Below are positions 24,635-36,800 of a stretch of DNA of 64,000 nt, one piece after another; position 1 is the stretch's first letter; each line of letters starts with the position of its first letter. Below the pieces are notes generated by a model that was given only the letters and a program-made list of their open reading frames with translations, was not told the origin of the DNA and made no database searches. The translations under genes and the position numbers were made by a program. The stretch spans positions 2,604,001 through 2,668,000 of the forward strand of contig CP089274.1 of assembly GCA_023920165.1 (NCBI GenBank). Reading direction: 5' to 3'. The DNA comes from Curvularia clavata (taxonomy: Eukaryota).

Positions 24635-26285
24635 ATGGCTGCTCTCGCGACCAAGACGCAGTCGCAAAACATCTTTGCCAAATTGAAGTCGAAGCCCGCA
24701 AACAAAGTATGTATTCATGCCAGCGCAACACTTCCAACGACACCTAATCCATGTCTAGATATGCTTCGACTGCGGCGCAAAGAACCCAACATGGAGCTCT
24801 GTACCCTTCGGCATTTACCTCTGCCTCGACTGCTCGTCTAACCACCGTAACATGGGTGTCCACATTTCGTTCGTTCGCTCCACCAACCTCGACAGTATGT
24901 GTTCCCCCTTGGGCCCTACAGGCGTATGAAGCAAGGATCTATATTGATAAAGGACAGTTTGGCAATGGGATCAACTACGTATCATGAAGGTTGGCGGTAA
25001 CGAGAGCGCGACCAAGTACTTCCAATCGCATGGAGGCTCCGCTGCGCTTGCAAGCAAGGACCACAAGGCCAAATACACCAGCAATGCTGCCAACAAGTAC
25101 AAGGAGGAGCTGGCTCGGCGCTGTGCTGCAGACGCCAAGTTGTAAGTGTACTTTGGAAACTCTGGCAGTATAGCACTAATTCTTCTGTACCAGGTATCCC
25201 AATGAAGTTGTTATCACCGATGTAGCCGAACCTGGTAGCGATGGCACCAACACTCCTGCCGGCGAAGACGACGACTTCTTTTCCTCATGGGACAAGCCTA
25301 CAATCAAGCGACCATCCAACCCGCCTTCGCGTACTGGTACACCCAAAGCCGCATCACCTTTCCTCAAGCCTGGTGCCAATGGTAACGGCACCGATCGCCC
25401 GAAATCGCCGCTTGCTGGAAGTTCTGAGACGACCACGCCTGCAGCCAAGCCTGCCGCAGTACGGAAGACCGCCGGGGGCGCTGCGCCAAAGAAGAACATC
25501 CTGGGTGCAAAGAAGAAGGGTCTTGGTGCAAAGAAGGTGGTCGCTGCTGATGGTGGACTCGATTTCGAAGAGGCGGAGCGAAAGGCCCGTGAAGAGGCAG
25601 AGCGCATCGAGAAGCTGGGCTATGATCCCGACGCTGAAGCCGCAGAGGTTGCTGCGGCCACCAAGTCCAAAGCCCCCGAAGCATCAGCAATCATCTCCCC
25701 AACTCCAGTATCCCCTCCACGTGGCGGCTTTGGTTCGACCTCGAAGCCTGAGCGCTCAAGCCAAGATATGGAGCGGCTAGGCATGGGCGTTCAACGTCTT
25801 GGATTCGGACAAATAGGTGCTGCGAAGAAGCCCGTTGCCCAGAAGAAAATGGGAGGTTTCGGCAGCGTTGGCAAGCCTGCTCAAGACAACGATGACGAGA
25901 AGTATGCACGTGAGAAGTTTGGTTCACAAAAGGGCATCTCGAGTGACGAGTTCTTTGGCCGTAATGCGTATGACCCTGCAGCTACTGCTCAGGCGAAGGA
26001 GAGGTTATCAGGTAAGTCCAACTCTAGAAACGTGCACATTAAGATTTTGTTTCCTAACCGTCTGTAGGTTTCGAAGGCGCGAGCGCAATTTCATCAAACG
26101 CGTATTTTGGCCGCCCTGAAGACGACGTTGTGGAAGAAGACTATGGCGACCTTGAAACTGCTGCGAAAGACTTTGTCCGCAAGTTCGGTCTGACTGCTGG
26201 CGATGATCTCGAGAACCTGACCAACTTGCTCGGTGAGGGTGCCACAAAGCTACAAGGCGCAGTCCGAAACTACTTGAACTCGTAG
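24635..26285 (+). CDS. GLO3: ARF GTPase-activating protein Glo3-like, 5 exons
   Basis: [46 protein letters not shown]rfGAP zinc finger; KKKGLGAKK; Glo3 motifs GISSDEFFG and AISSNAYFG. Confidence 0.95.
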
Positions 26286-26642
26286 GACAGGCAAGGAACA
26301 GATTTAATTTAGAACATAGTCTTGGCGCATGGAGGGAAACCTTGAAGGGGGCGGCACTATGGTAACGAGTTCTACATACCTGGGTTCCCAAACTATGTGC
26401 ATGTTGTTTTCCGCGCTGGATACAGGTCTAGGTCAAAGGTGTTTTAGGAGTGTAGATAAAGGAAATTTTGGAACTTTGACTCGGAACTTCAGTTATCACA
26501 TAGCCATCTGTTTTCATTGAGCACAACTAAGCAAAAGAAGAAAGGTAAAAGAGTCAAGAAAAATAACACAGATTCGTTATATGTAAACACACGACTGTAA
26601 TAACACCACAGCTCCGGCAAATCGCGATCAAGTACAGCACAA

Positions 26643-28746
26643 TCAATCATCTCTATCACCCCAGACATCCGCTTCTTCCCGTGCCACAGCATCCAAGTCA
26701 ATAAACACACCCTTTTCATTCTCCCTTGCTCCCTCTTCCTCGCCATCATCGCTGCCCTCACGCCCCTGCCGCGCTTCCTCGCGACTCATAGAACCCCATC
26801 CTGCGTCTTCCTCCTCGTCTTCTTCCTTCGGAAAAGCCGGTGACACGGGAACAAAGTCGTCCATCAAGTTACTCGGCAGGCCAGCCGGGACGGGCCGCTT
26901 AGAGGCTGATGGGGGAGGAGAGGGCGTCAAGGGCATCATAGCCATTTCGGGCTGCCGAGAGAGCTGGGGTTCCTGAGGGTCATGGGAGTGGGTTGGTGGA
27001 GTGGAAGCACCGTCGTGATGCTGTGCTGAGGGTTCGGCTTGCGTGGTGACGGGCGCTGGGGCTTGAGTTTCCTTTCCTTGCTTGGACTGGGGGCGTTGTT
27101 CTTGTCTTGAGGTTGACGAAATGGCTGGTTGGGTGTTGATCTCTTGGGTAGCTGGTAGCTTGGCGTGGTTTTCTTGCTGCTGCTGTTGATGCTGCTGCTG
27201 CTGCTGCGAGAAGGGGAAGATGGAGAAAAGGCTAGAGCTTAGACTATGTCGGTTTGGCCCACTGGGCCTTTGCTCCTTCTTCAACTCCTCTTGTCGTGGG
27301 TTTGGTGCAGTTGGAGGCGGTGCTGAGGCAGAATGCGAATGTGAAGGAGTCCTTCTCACAGCTGCAGGGCTAGGTGGCTTGGTGATGGTCGTCTCCGGTA
27401 ACGGGGCCTCGCACATCTCGCAGACTCTGAGATTTGGGTCGTTGAGGAATGTGCAGCGTGAGCATTGCTTTTTGAGCTCTGGCGTTGAGGAGCGTGGTAT
27501 TTCGGTTTCCTGGCCTGCTCGCTGCGGTCGAGGTGGTTGACGGGGTGGTGCTGGCTCAGATTCGTTGGGCATCTGATACCCTGTACTGTATTTTCGTCTG
27601 GCTCTTGAATTGGATGGCCCTACATCCGGTCTCTTGACCTGGGCGGTATTCCCACTTGTCCCAGCGTTTGGATTCGGATCAACTGAGATCACAACGTGCA
27701 CATCTCTGTTTGTTCCACACTTCATACACTGACATCGCCTTGTGACAGTCTTCGTGTATGTATCCGTAACTTCAGCAGGTGCGTCAAACCTGATCTCGAA
27801 TTTCCCAGGCGCTCCAAAACCCACAGAACCCTGGTCCTGTCGCTGCCGACTCTTCGCGTTTGTGTAACCTGCTCCTTTTGCGATAATGGGAATGATTGGA
27901 TCCACATTTCCGAATACAAGATGTTCTACATCCGGCAGTAGCATTAAGTTTCCGCTGCTCTTGATGTGACGATCGACTTCATCGCGCAATTGAAATTCGT
28001 CCAAGGAGTGCAGAACGCGGAAGTACTTGTGAAACATGTCACCGTACCATTGTCGAACCTGAACACCCTGCTGCAATAACTCTTTCGCAATAGTTCGCGG
28101 TGCAGGGCTGGGCCACAGTGCATCAATCAAATGTTTCTCCTTCAAAGCCTTGCGTACCATCAAGTCCAGTCTAGCGCATTCGTACAGCTTCTTTTCCAGT
28201 CTTTCGTGCACCTTGTATGTCGCAAATCGAATCACTATGCCCCTCACAAATCCGGCGTCTAGATTCCATTTTCGCGTGAAGTAATCTAGTGATTCTATAT
28301 CTTTCTGCGCCTGTGCCTGAGCAGGTCGAATCTCGTATGGTTTGAGATCATGTCCCATACACACCCATCGTTCGGCTTGGTGCGGAACAGCGGTCGCTGT
28401 GGACCAGAAAGATCGGATCGGGTAGTATTCGGCTTTGAAATAGTTGTAAATGAAGTCCAAAAAGTCGCCTTCCGTGAGTGGTAATGCTGCGTGACCGCGG
28501 GGGAAATCCATTTTGGAGGTTGACGGTCCACTAGGTGGCAACCCAGACTATGTGAACAATGTTGCTGCCTGGCTGAGATGAAGGAGAGGACACGCAAACC
28601 AGACGCACGAGTCGACAAGAGTAACGGTGCTTATTTACGCCTGCGCCACAGTATGCGATGATGTACTTGTAGTATCCACTGGAAGCTCTGCGAATACTTT
28701 GTTGCCAATTATGTTCGTGTGACGGGTTTCCTACGAAGTGCGTCAT
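26643..28746 (-). CDS. Uncharacterised protein with RanBP2/NZF-type zinc finger and disordered P/Q-rich tail
   Basis: 632-aa ORF with CSRCTFLNDPNLRVCEMCEA. A putative first exon from ATG 28746 splices to an acceptor near 28548; the 5' end is uncertain. Confidence 0.7.
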
Positions 28747-29645
28747 TAGTGTGGCGGTGGCTGTGCTAAACACTTCCCACGGTCACGCGTGCAGGCGTGC
28801 CGGATCCTTGAATCTCGACAACTACGACTGTCAACCGAAGCATATTGGTTCGATTTTATTTTTCACAGTATCTGTCGTGTGTCTCTCACAAATAAGAGCT
28901 CGTAAACAGAAGCCAACATTATATGCTATAAGGTTCTTGTTAGTGGAAATCGGACAGCGATCAGCCTGCCAGGGACTCATCCCAGCTTTCGCACCAGTGA
29001 TGAATAAGTCCAAATCTAGTCTCTATTATCACAGAGTCGGATTTCAATTCTGTGTGTGTATGTGTAAATAAAAAGGCGAGGTGTAGTGCCCACTACGTAT
29101 TTGTCAAGCGACAGTACGCCTACATCGAAAGAGACACGAAGAGGCGGCTGAGAGGCAGGGCTTCAAGGACGATCAAATCGGATAATATCCCGCCACATTC
29201 CAATAATCTCTACATCGAAAGGTGCTTGCATGAGGGCTTGATTAAGCGCCGTGCAAGCACAATTGATAGTTAGGGGTCGGCAAGGGATTTCTTTGTTCAT
29301 ACATATCTCACAGCTCGGAGTGACTGATTGACCAATAATAATCCTTCCACATGTCAAAAGATCGAGCAATTATGTACCAGCCTCGCCCTTTTCCGATATC
29401 CTTGTTTTTTTCAATGTTGTGCTGTGTCTCCACGATACGGAGCTCGCGATGGCCAGACACCGAGATCTCGGCTACTCCACGTTGTTTTGTTACGAGCACA
29501 TGGGCACCCGTAGTTCATGCATAGGCATAACAATGAAGTCCGAGACACGCGAGGGCTAGACCAGGCGAAAAAACAGCTCTTAAACATATACTGGTTCCTT
29601 ATAGCGGTTACACAGTCTCGTCTAACAGTCTCCGATATCAACTGC

Positions 29646-30846
29646 ATGCATTCCTGCCCTTTTTGTACAATGGTGTCTTCGAAAGCTTCAACTAAATCCT
29701 TCGTTAAAGAACCACCTATGGAGCCATGTGGGAAGTCCGCTGCTTCCAAAACTTCAACCAAATCCCTCGTTGGAGAGTCACCCGCGGATCAATGCGTGTG
29801 TGGGAAGTCCGTTACCTCGAAAGCTTCAACCAACTCTTCTGTTAAAAAGTCGCCTACGGATGCATGTGGAAAGTCCCTTGCTTCGAAAAGCTTGACCAAA
29901 TCCTTGGCTAAACAGTCAGCTACCGAGCCATGCGGAAAGTCCGTCAGATCAGCGGAAGGCCTGCAAATTGCAGAAATCGAGACTTACCCGGAGGCTGTTC
30001 ATCGATATACTCCGACCCGCGACACGAAACTGCCACAGTTGCATGATCATTCTGTTCCAGATGAGGAGGCATCGATATGCAGCACTCGCCTATCTCAAGA
30101 GCGCATATCTTTTCGTCTTGGTCCAGGCAGTGATCATTCTGGATGTGGAACAACTCTCGAAGTTCCTCCCGATCTGGTGAAGAGGTTCTATGATCATCGC
30201 CGGCGAAGGTTCTGTTTTATCATTGTCTTCACGCTATTTATACTAGGTGCGGTCATTGCCGCCAGTATAGGAGGTTCCCTTTATGTGCAAGAGAGAGCTC
30301 AAAAGTATGTCAGCCTTACTGTATCACATGTGTTGTCTTGTCATCCGGCTAACCTTTAGCAGAGCCGCAGCCGCCGCAGCCGACAAAACAGAACAGACTT
30401 TAGCACCGAACACCACAGCCGCAGCGGTTGAAGCTCCTGATGCAAGCCAAGGATCTAGCGGGACGTACTCCGCACGACCTTTTAGTGCTATTCAGTTGAT
30501 CAACTCAACATGTCCATCAACAATACTCGTTTCCAGTCAGCTGGAAGGCAAGGCGAATAACATCAGTGGCCGCTATGCCTACGACTGTCTCGATAGTACC
30601 GACATACTGGACGGTTCCGATCTCATGGCATTCACCGCGTATACTCTCGAGCAGTGTGTGGACGCTTGCAGCCAATACAGTGCCATGGCAAACAAAAACG
30701 AAACATGTAAGGCGGTGGTCATCAATTCACAGTTTCTCCAAAGCTATGAGACAGGGAATGGGGCGAATTGCTGGCTCAAGGGCACAGCAGAGAGTGCTAG
30801 CAAAGGGAAGACGGGGTACACGGCGGCGATACTGCGTAAGCAGTAG
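29646..30846 (+). CDS. Type-II single-pass membrane protein with C-terminal PAN/apple-like domain, 2 exons
   Basis: RRRRFCFIIVFTLFILGAVIAASIGGSL TM; intron 30305-30360; DLMAFTAYTLEQCVDACSQY...CKAVV...NCWLK. Start is 29646 or 29670. Confidence 0.75.
29676..29945 (+). repeat. Coding minisatellite, about 4 copies of a ~66-bp unit
   Basis: Peptide units SKASTKSFVKEPPMEPCGKS / SKTSTKSLVGESPADQCVCGKS / SKASTNSSVKKSPTDACGKS / SKSLTKSLAKQSATEPCGKS. Confidence 0.85.
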
Positions 30847-31662
30847 GATTTTGGTATCCATGAAGGAATCAAGTCAGGTACCAGGCATATCTTCTATGCT
30901 CTTCTTCTGTAAAAACAGCTTGTGTTTCACTTCGGTGTCTCATCGTCGTTAGTGTTTGTGTAACATGGTTTATTGTATTGTACTCATCGAGTTGCGGAAG
31001 TAAGCACGTTGCTTGTTGACTCGAGCCACACGTGTTGTCACCCTATGTTATATATTATCTCAATATTAATAAAAATTGATCAAATTTGGGTCTGCTTGTT
31101 ATTCCGCGCCTACAATGGCAACGCGTCACATAAATCTATCCCATCAAAGAATATTACAACACTGATGCTCCATGAGTGCTGCATACCTCGTAGCATCTTA
31201 CAGTCCATTGATCATGACATCAATCACATAGGAGACAACGACAGAATGTTGATATCAGCTCGTAGGTTGACCCGAAGTACGGCTTCATGACTGAAATTTG
31301 TGTCTATCAGAGAATGTCTTGAGCAGGAGCATCGTGACGACTTCACGCAGATGGGAATTAAGAATACAGAAGCTTCTATAATGGGTGACTTCAGGCCTGA
31401 TTCTGTTGTAAGAGTGAAGAAGGTAAGGTGGCTAAAAAGGTTGGAAAAGATAATGACACAGTGAATAAGAGAACTGGAATTATTGTGTTATCCTAGCTCT
31501 CGATCATATTGTCTAACATAAAAATAAGTTGGTTGATGAACCAATCGCTGGTCATGGTGTTTGATGTTCTCCTGCTGAAGTATTTTGGTCACAACCCGAC
31601 CCTCTCAGAGCAAAAAGGTGATCCTTCACTCTCCCAATAATCCACACAGCCAAAAAAGATGA

Positions 31663-31760
31663 TTCCGACACCGGGAATCGAACCCGGGCCTTGCCGGCAC
31701 TGTACAGTGAACTGACTCTGCGATGAGAGCGGCAAATCCTAGCCACTAGACCATATCGGA
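31663..31760 (-). tRNA. tRNA-Glu(CTC) with 26-nt intron (31698-31723)
   Basis: TCCGATATGGTCTAGTGGCTAGGATTTGCCG-CT-CTC-A[intron]C-CGGCAAGGCCCGGGTTCGATTCCCGGTGTCGGAA; A and B boxes; T6 terminator at 31652-31657. Confidence 0.96.
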
Positions 31761-32827
31761 TGTTGTTTGATTGATGGGAGAAATCTCAATTAACGTTTCT
31801 ATATCTATATACAAAAAGGTATCACGCGCGCAGCCTCCGAAAGTCCAAAATCCTGTCCGTTGATCAGATCATCCTCTCATTGACTTTTCATGAAACTTTG
31901 CATAGGTGTACCAAGTGGGGTCGTGGGGGGATCTCCCTTATCCTAGACTAACCCCACTTTCGAAAAATTTCTGAACAAGCTTTGTTGAAAAACATCCATG
32001 TATAGATCTGTACCATGCCTCATATGCTCATGTGAGCTGTCATGTCTGAAGAGAGGCGGGTACCAATATATTGCTTTTGTTGTGTATGGCGGTGTTGCTT
32101 GTGCGAGGCTGTTTTCAGCAGTTTCCATGCCTATCTTGATGTGCTTGGCGAACTGCTGTTGATAACGTTTCACCATTACTATCGCCTGTACTAGACGAGT
32201 CTTTTTCTTCTGCATTTCCTTGAATATTGCTGTTTGACACATTGAGGATTTGATATTCCTGTTTTAACGGAACTTCAAGAATCTGCACCTCAAAAAATAC
32301 TCGTGGCGTTCAGCGCAAAGGACAAAAAGCAAGAACTCATATCCCTATATAGATGACGAGTCCACCTACGCAAGACACGGACACTGTGTCACGGGACACA
32401 GAGCAAGGGATAGACTTGAGGATATGCTTTGAAAGAAATGGGCATCTGGTGATAGAGACAGAAGAAAGCAATTCCCACGTCACTGCTTTTCTGGTGGATG
32501 TGACGAAAAAAATACACAGGAACTCAACCATCCGCAAGATGACATATGTCGTGTCCAGGGTCTTACAGGCTATTGGCTGAACTTAGTGATACAGAAGAAA
32601 TCAGCCGAGTGGGTGCAAGGGGCATTGTGTGGGCCGGCATAAGTGTCGAGAATGGCAGCATTGGTCGTGCTGGGCAACACCTCGTAAAGAAAACTATCGT
32701 CCTAATTCTTGAAACAAAAAACAACGAAGTACACACCAGAAGTAACGGATATGAGAGCTGACCTTAAGTTGCATAAGGGGACTGCGCTATGCATGCAAAA
32801 ACGAAAATCCTAACAAAAAACAAAAAA

Positions 32828-32946
32828 ACATACGACAGCGGGGATTCGCCGGTGGTCACCCACCCGACTACTAGTCCGCCGGTAAACTGTTTAAATATTG
32901 TAGATCGGACGGGGTACATTGTATTCAGTTTCCTATGGTCGTATGT
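32828..32946 (-). rRNA. Dispersed 5S rRNA gene (divergent type)
   Basis: 119 nt ACATACGACCATAGG...CCCGTCCGATC...CTAGTAGTCGGGTGGGTGACCACCGGCGAATCCCCGCTGTCGTATGT followed by T-runs; all five helices can form. Confidence 0.95.
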
Positions 32947-33862
32947 GAAAGATATGGCGTAGTTGAGATGTCATATTGCGGGGTGTAGGGGCAGGACTTG
33001 GAAGAAAGCGGCAGGAGACCAAAGGACCTCGCCGTCTTGCTACAATGGAACATATGGCACTAACATGTCCGGCAACTCAAGCGAGCAAGTCGTTTTGAAG
33101 GCGAGCCGTTCAGATGTCGTCGCAATAACGTCCCTGGCGTAAACCAGGATACTCGACATGGGTAGCCGATCAAAGAAAGTAGGTACTGGCACTGCAGCGT
33201 TAAGCGGACGCGCCCCGTCTCCGTCCCCGCGGCATGAAATCCGGGTGCCAGTATGTTGGGATATGAGTGATTTCCTAGGAGTTTAAACTGACGACACAAC
33301 CGCCTTACAGCGGCCAGTTAGAACGCCACTGTCCAGTGGTGGGCAGGAGATGTGAGACTATGGCGTAGACTTGTGGCGTTGAGCAGAGCTAACGCGGGCC
33401 CTCTGGGTGCCTCTGCTCGGATTGAAATTTGTTGTCTGCATGATAGTGCCAAAGCAAGACTTGACGGACTGAACATGAACAACCTATCCGTACAGCGATG
33501 CTATGGTGGCGTCGCAACCAAGAAATGTGTGCTGGGGAAATGAGGTGTGGTTGTCCTATGCGTCCGTAAGTAGATATGTTGGGTCCACTTGCGCTGGAGC
33601 GAGAATGGACACGACAGCGCAGCAAACCACTCCTGCAGAGTGAAAGGCGCAAACCTAGATTGCCCCTAGAATACAGGCATCGTGTATGCGCGTGATCGCG
33701 AACTCTTCAAGGGACTTATGGTGAGTGATCCAGCGAATTCCTGCCAGTGATCACCTCTATAATCCGACGGTATTGGCCGGATTTACTAGTGAGACCTGGG
33801 AACACGCCATGAAACGCGTGATTAGAATAAGCAATCAAACAGTATCGTGATTTTCAGGCCAA

Positions 33863-33894
33863 GGACACTTTTCCGTTAGTATGGAAAAGTGTCC
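33863..33894. repeat. Perfect 12-bp inverted repeat with 8-nt spacer
   Basis: GGACACTTTTCC-gttagtat-GGAAAAGTGTCC. Confidence 0.9.
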
Positions 33895-36800
33895 CAAACA
33901 AAGAATGGTACCGGCAACGCACTCTGGGGAACGCACCAATGTGGAGCAGCGAGTGACACCACTACGCTACGATAGGGGCTCTGATCCAGGTCACATGTTT
34001 ACTCGCAATACCTGACGGAAAGGCGCAAGTAAAGGCGGGTCGTTTCTGTCAACCAGCCGTTCAGAACGCTAGGCGAAGACGGGTATGGATAGGGCGCGAG
34101 AGCGTGCAGGAGTTTGAGCACCAAAATCCAGGGTTCACGTCGCTAGTGGTTGCCGTTTGGAGGAGAGGGGACTGCTTGAAGCCGTCGCTCGCCGTGCGCC
34201 CAGTGCGTGCCTCGTGGAAGCCCAGGGATGAACAAACTTTTGACCCTTGCACAATACGCACGCGACATGCGATGGGTCTACATTTCTGCTTGAAGATCCA
34301 GTGTCATGGTGATGGTGGTGGTCTCATCATGTTGGGTGCACAGTACGTTGAAACCCAAAGAGGGGCTTTGCCGACTGGTCTCGACGCGTCCATGGCCTTG
34401 CCGTTCGGTGACACCCGATAAGCGTCTTTCAGGGTCGGGAGCCTACCGAAGACTTGGAAACCGGGCTGCTTTTGCAGCTAGACTGTAGAGTAATAGAGTG
34501 CATGATCTCCCGGGCTCGGAAGCTTACCTAAATCAACGCAGCCTCAGCCCCTGTGTGCGGGTGATGGAAGGCCTTACGACGTCACTCGCAGGCACCTGGA
34601 CAAGTTCCAAGGATAGCTCTTGAAAATAGAGGAGCGCCCATCGGCGGCGGGAAGAGCATCCGCTGCCGTCAAATCGGTCACCTATTCAAGAGTGGCTATT
34701 CAGCTGAAATGATCCGCAGTTGCGCCGAGCGGGCCAATATATTGTCCTATCAGTCAACGGCGGCTAGCACCTCTTGCGCTGAGGTATTGACTTTTGAAAA
34801 GGAAATCAAGGCAGACTTGTCTTTGTGGCTGACTCGAGCGAGCGGTGCGGATGCAGCACTAAGGCCATAGTGGTGTGAAGACGCAGCGTCTTGCATTAGC
34901 GTCCATGAGTGAGGCTGGTGATGGACTGCCAGTTCTTCGCATTCGCTCTGTCAAGTACGGAGCTGAGCGGCAGCCAGGACGAAAAGGAGGCCAGTTGATG
35001 GCCCCACCAGAGCACTGGCGACGGCTCTTGATCAGCACGCAGGCGCACTGTGCGTGGGATGCATTGGAAAGAAGGGGACCAGAGCTTCTGGCCGCTCGAG
35101 CGACGATTTCCACAGAGTCACTGAGCAAAAGCCATTCAAAGCTTGTGTAGTAGGGGTAGTGTAAAGATAGACGGCGCGGCTTGAAGAGAGAGGGAGAAAG
35201 AGCCGGTTGGAGTCAGCTGCCTAGGACGCAGTTATGCATGACCAAAGATGGTCCCGCATCTCGCCGGATTACGACTGGCCGCGGGCTCCTGTACTGGTTA
35301 CATGGGAAGTACTTGAGATTGGACGTTCTCAGAGAGTCCGGTAGGTTGGTTGACGCCATCAGTCGATCCCACGCTATACCCCTGCGGACGAGCCTCCCCT
35401 AGTGGCTGGCAGAGCCAAATACCAGAGGTATCAGACGCAACAGGGCCTTTTGGGCTGTTGACAATCAGGCGGTGGTGGCGATTCTCTGCGCAGTCTTGGT
35501 TGGGCAGGGCGAGTGCACAATAGTCGACTTCAGCTACCGCGGACAGCCAGACAGCTTCAATGGCCCACTGCAAGCATAAACTCTGACCAGCTGGACCTGC
35601 GTGTGTGCGTGCGTGTGTATGTGTGCGTGTGACAGACTAGACAGCCGCACATATTGTCTTTTGTGCCTTCTCAGCAACGTACAGCACAGCTGTGTCGAGA
35701 CGAAGACAGAAGCAAGGGCAGATTGTCGTCGAGTCACACCCTCGGCCCCCTTTCCCCCCGGCAGCGCGCCACTGGTTGCCGCACGAGCGACAAAACCCTC
35801 CTGCACATCGAATGGGGGGTGATTTATGGTGATAGTCTTGCTGGCCATAGGTGCGTGGTGTGTGCACCCACATGTGGGGGAAAAGGTGGAATGGAAGAGA
35901 GTGTGAGCATCCTCGGCAACGCGTCGTGGTGGAGTCGGCTGTCCGGATTCAGGCACAGCTTGAGAGGTCTAGCTTCAATTCACTCGCATCCCGCCAGGCG
36001 TCGCCCACAACGCTCGCAACCACCCAACCTCTGGCGCTGTCGTTGAAGCACAACAGGCACACCGGCTGCCTCTCTCCCTGGCTCTCCCTGCTACTTCACA
36101 TCATACCCCTCTCCCCTAGCCTACCCGGCCTCAGATCCGTTGATCCCTCCACAGCCCCCAGCTTCATCTCTATTCCTGCGGGCGGCCCTCTCCACAGTCC
36201 TAGCGCAAGCCTTCCCTAACCCCCGGTCTAGTCCCATGTCTTCCGAAGACAACTCGCACCACGGCTGCCGAATCGAAACATGCCTTTTTGCCCTGCTCTT
36301 GTAGACATCCCCAAGTCCGTGTCCGCACCCGTTCTTTCTGCGTCAGACGCCATCTGCTCTCCCTGATTCGAACCCCCATGTACCTTGCCCCCTTGCCCCC
36401 CTCCCTTCCCAGTCGAGTATAGCACAGTGTCTAGTTCTAGACTATCCATACTTTCTCTGGTCTCTTGACGCCGGATGTGGCCATTGTGGGCGCGCTATCA
36501 TTTTACTTACAGCCTTCCCATCCCTACAAGCAGTGGCACTTGTTGCCGCTGACTCTCTGTTTTTTTCACATCTACGCCAGTGGCCTTCTGGCACCTGGTG
36601 CGTGCTCCCGACCTCGTTATAACTAAACTCTACAGCCCTTACTCCACATGGTTCCCGTCGGCTTGAAAGGACCGACCCAGTTTATCTTCTTCGGCTTCTT
36701 ATACAATACGAGGCCTTGACTTCCAACAACAGGACATCTCTCATCCTACTACTACAACTATCGGTCCGTTGGCCAACCTGACTACCTCGTTGCCGGGCGT

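Noticed and set aside
35598..35631. Imperfect (GT)n tract; also (GA)n near 54423 and (TTG)n near 14977
   Set aside because: Ordinary short microsatellites.
36214..36222. CCCTAACCC as a possible telomerase RNA template
   Set aside because: It is better explained as a CTAAC branch point followed by TAG. Only ~830 nt separate it from the TF start, and I could not identify pseudoknot or CR4/5 elements.
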